DNA of 64,000 nucleotides from Haliotis cracherodii. Taxonomy: Eukaryota. Each line of letters starts with the position of its first letter. Within the stretch, counting starts at the first letter, position 1. A program made the translations under genes and the position numbers. The DNA lies in assembly GCF_022045235.1 (NCBI RefSeq), contig NW_027266273.1:18166001-18230000 (forward strand), in the 5' to 3' direction. Positions 63,666 through 64,000 of this stretch are shown piece by piece. The notes beneath the pieces are model-generated. The model had not been told where the DNA came from and did not search any database. It saw only the letters and a program-made list of their open reading frames with translations.

Positions 63666-63937
63666 GACCCGTGAACATCCGGGGTAGAATACGTTTCAGC
63701 AACCCTTGTTTGCCGTGAAAGGCGACTATGCTTGTCGTAGGAGGCGACTAACGTGATCGGGAGGTCAGGCTCGCTGACTTGGTTGATGCATGTCATCGAT
63801 CCCAATTGCGTGGATCGATGCTCATGATATTAATTACTGGATTATCTGGTCCAGACTCGATTATTTACAGGCCGCCGTCATATAGCTGGAATACTGCTGA
63901 GTGCGGCGTTAAACAACAAACCAACCAACCAGCCGAA
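63666..63937 (+). mobile_element. Short retroposon family B, full length, 13-bp TSD
   Basis: TSD tcaaacatgatgg at 63653-63665 and 63938-63950. Confidence 0.9.
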
Positions 63938-64000
63938 TCAAACATGATGGACGTCGGTATGCTGTGACTGTGGGCCATTAGAGTGACTGGTTTGAAGATG

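Overview
This is AT-rich, intron-containing animal DNA. The repeat families look molluscan, plausibly gastropod/abalone (Haliotis); that assignment is from recall and is unverified. There is one assembly gap, at 53723-53935. On the left (minus strand) are the first three coding exons of an extended-synaptotagmin gene (7576-7875, 3275-3316, 2332-2469), which continues off the left edge. The 8-17 kb region is intergenic and packed with SINEs, MITEs and a decayed Crypton. From 17 to 64 kb (minus strand) runs a head-to-tail array of at least 7 copies of a 3-exon gene encoding a small PAN/apple domain fused to an atypical C-type lectin-like domain. Copies 2-5 lie in four roughly 99% identical 6.4-kb tandem units that look like a hybrid of the older flanking copies 1 and 6. 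Copy 6 exon 1 runs into the gap, and copy 7 exon 1 is outside the window. The most notable points are these. (1) The CTLD lacks the EPN/QPD and WND motifs and the inner disulfide in all copies. (2) Copies 1-5 appear to have lost the signal-peptide/TATA segment that copy 6 retains. (3) An unpaired C-terminal Cys was removed twice by independent stop mutations. (4) The same intron-2 spot carries a different mobile element in each lineage. (5) A tRNA-less short retroposon has a pseudoknot-like 5' head. All alignments were done by eye.
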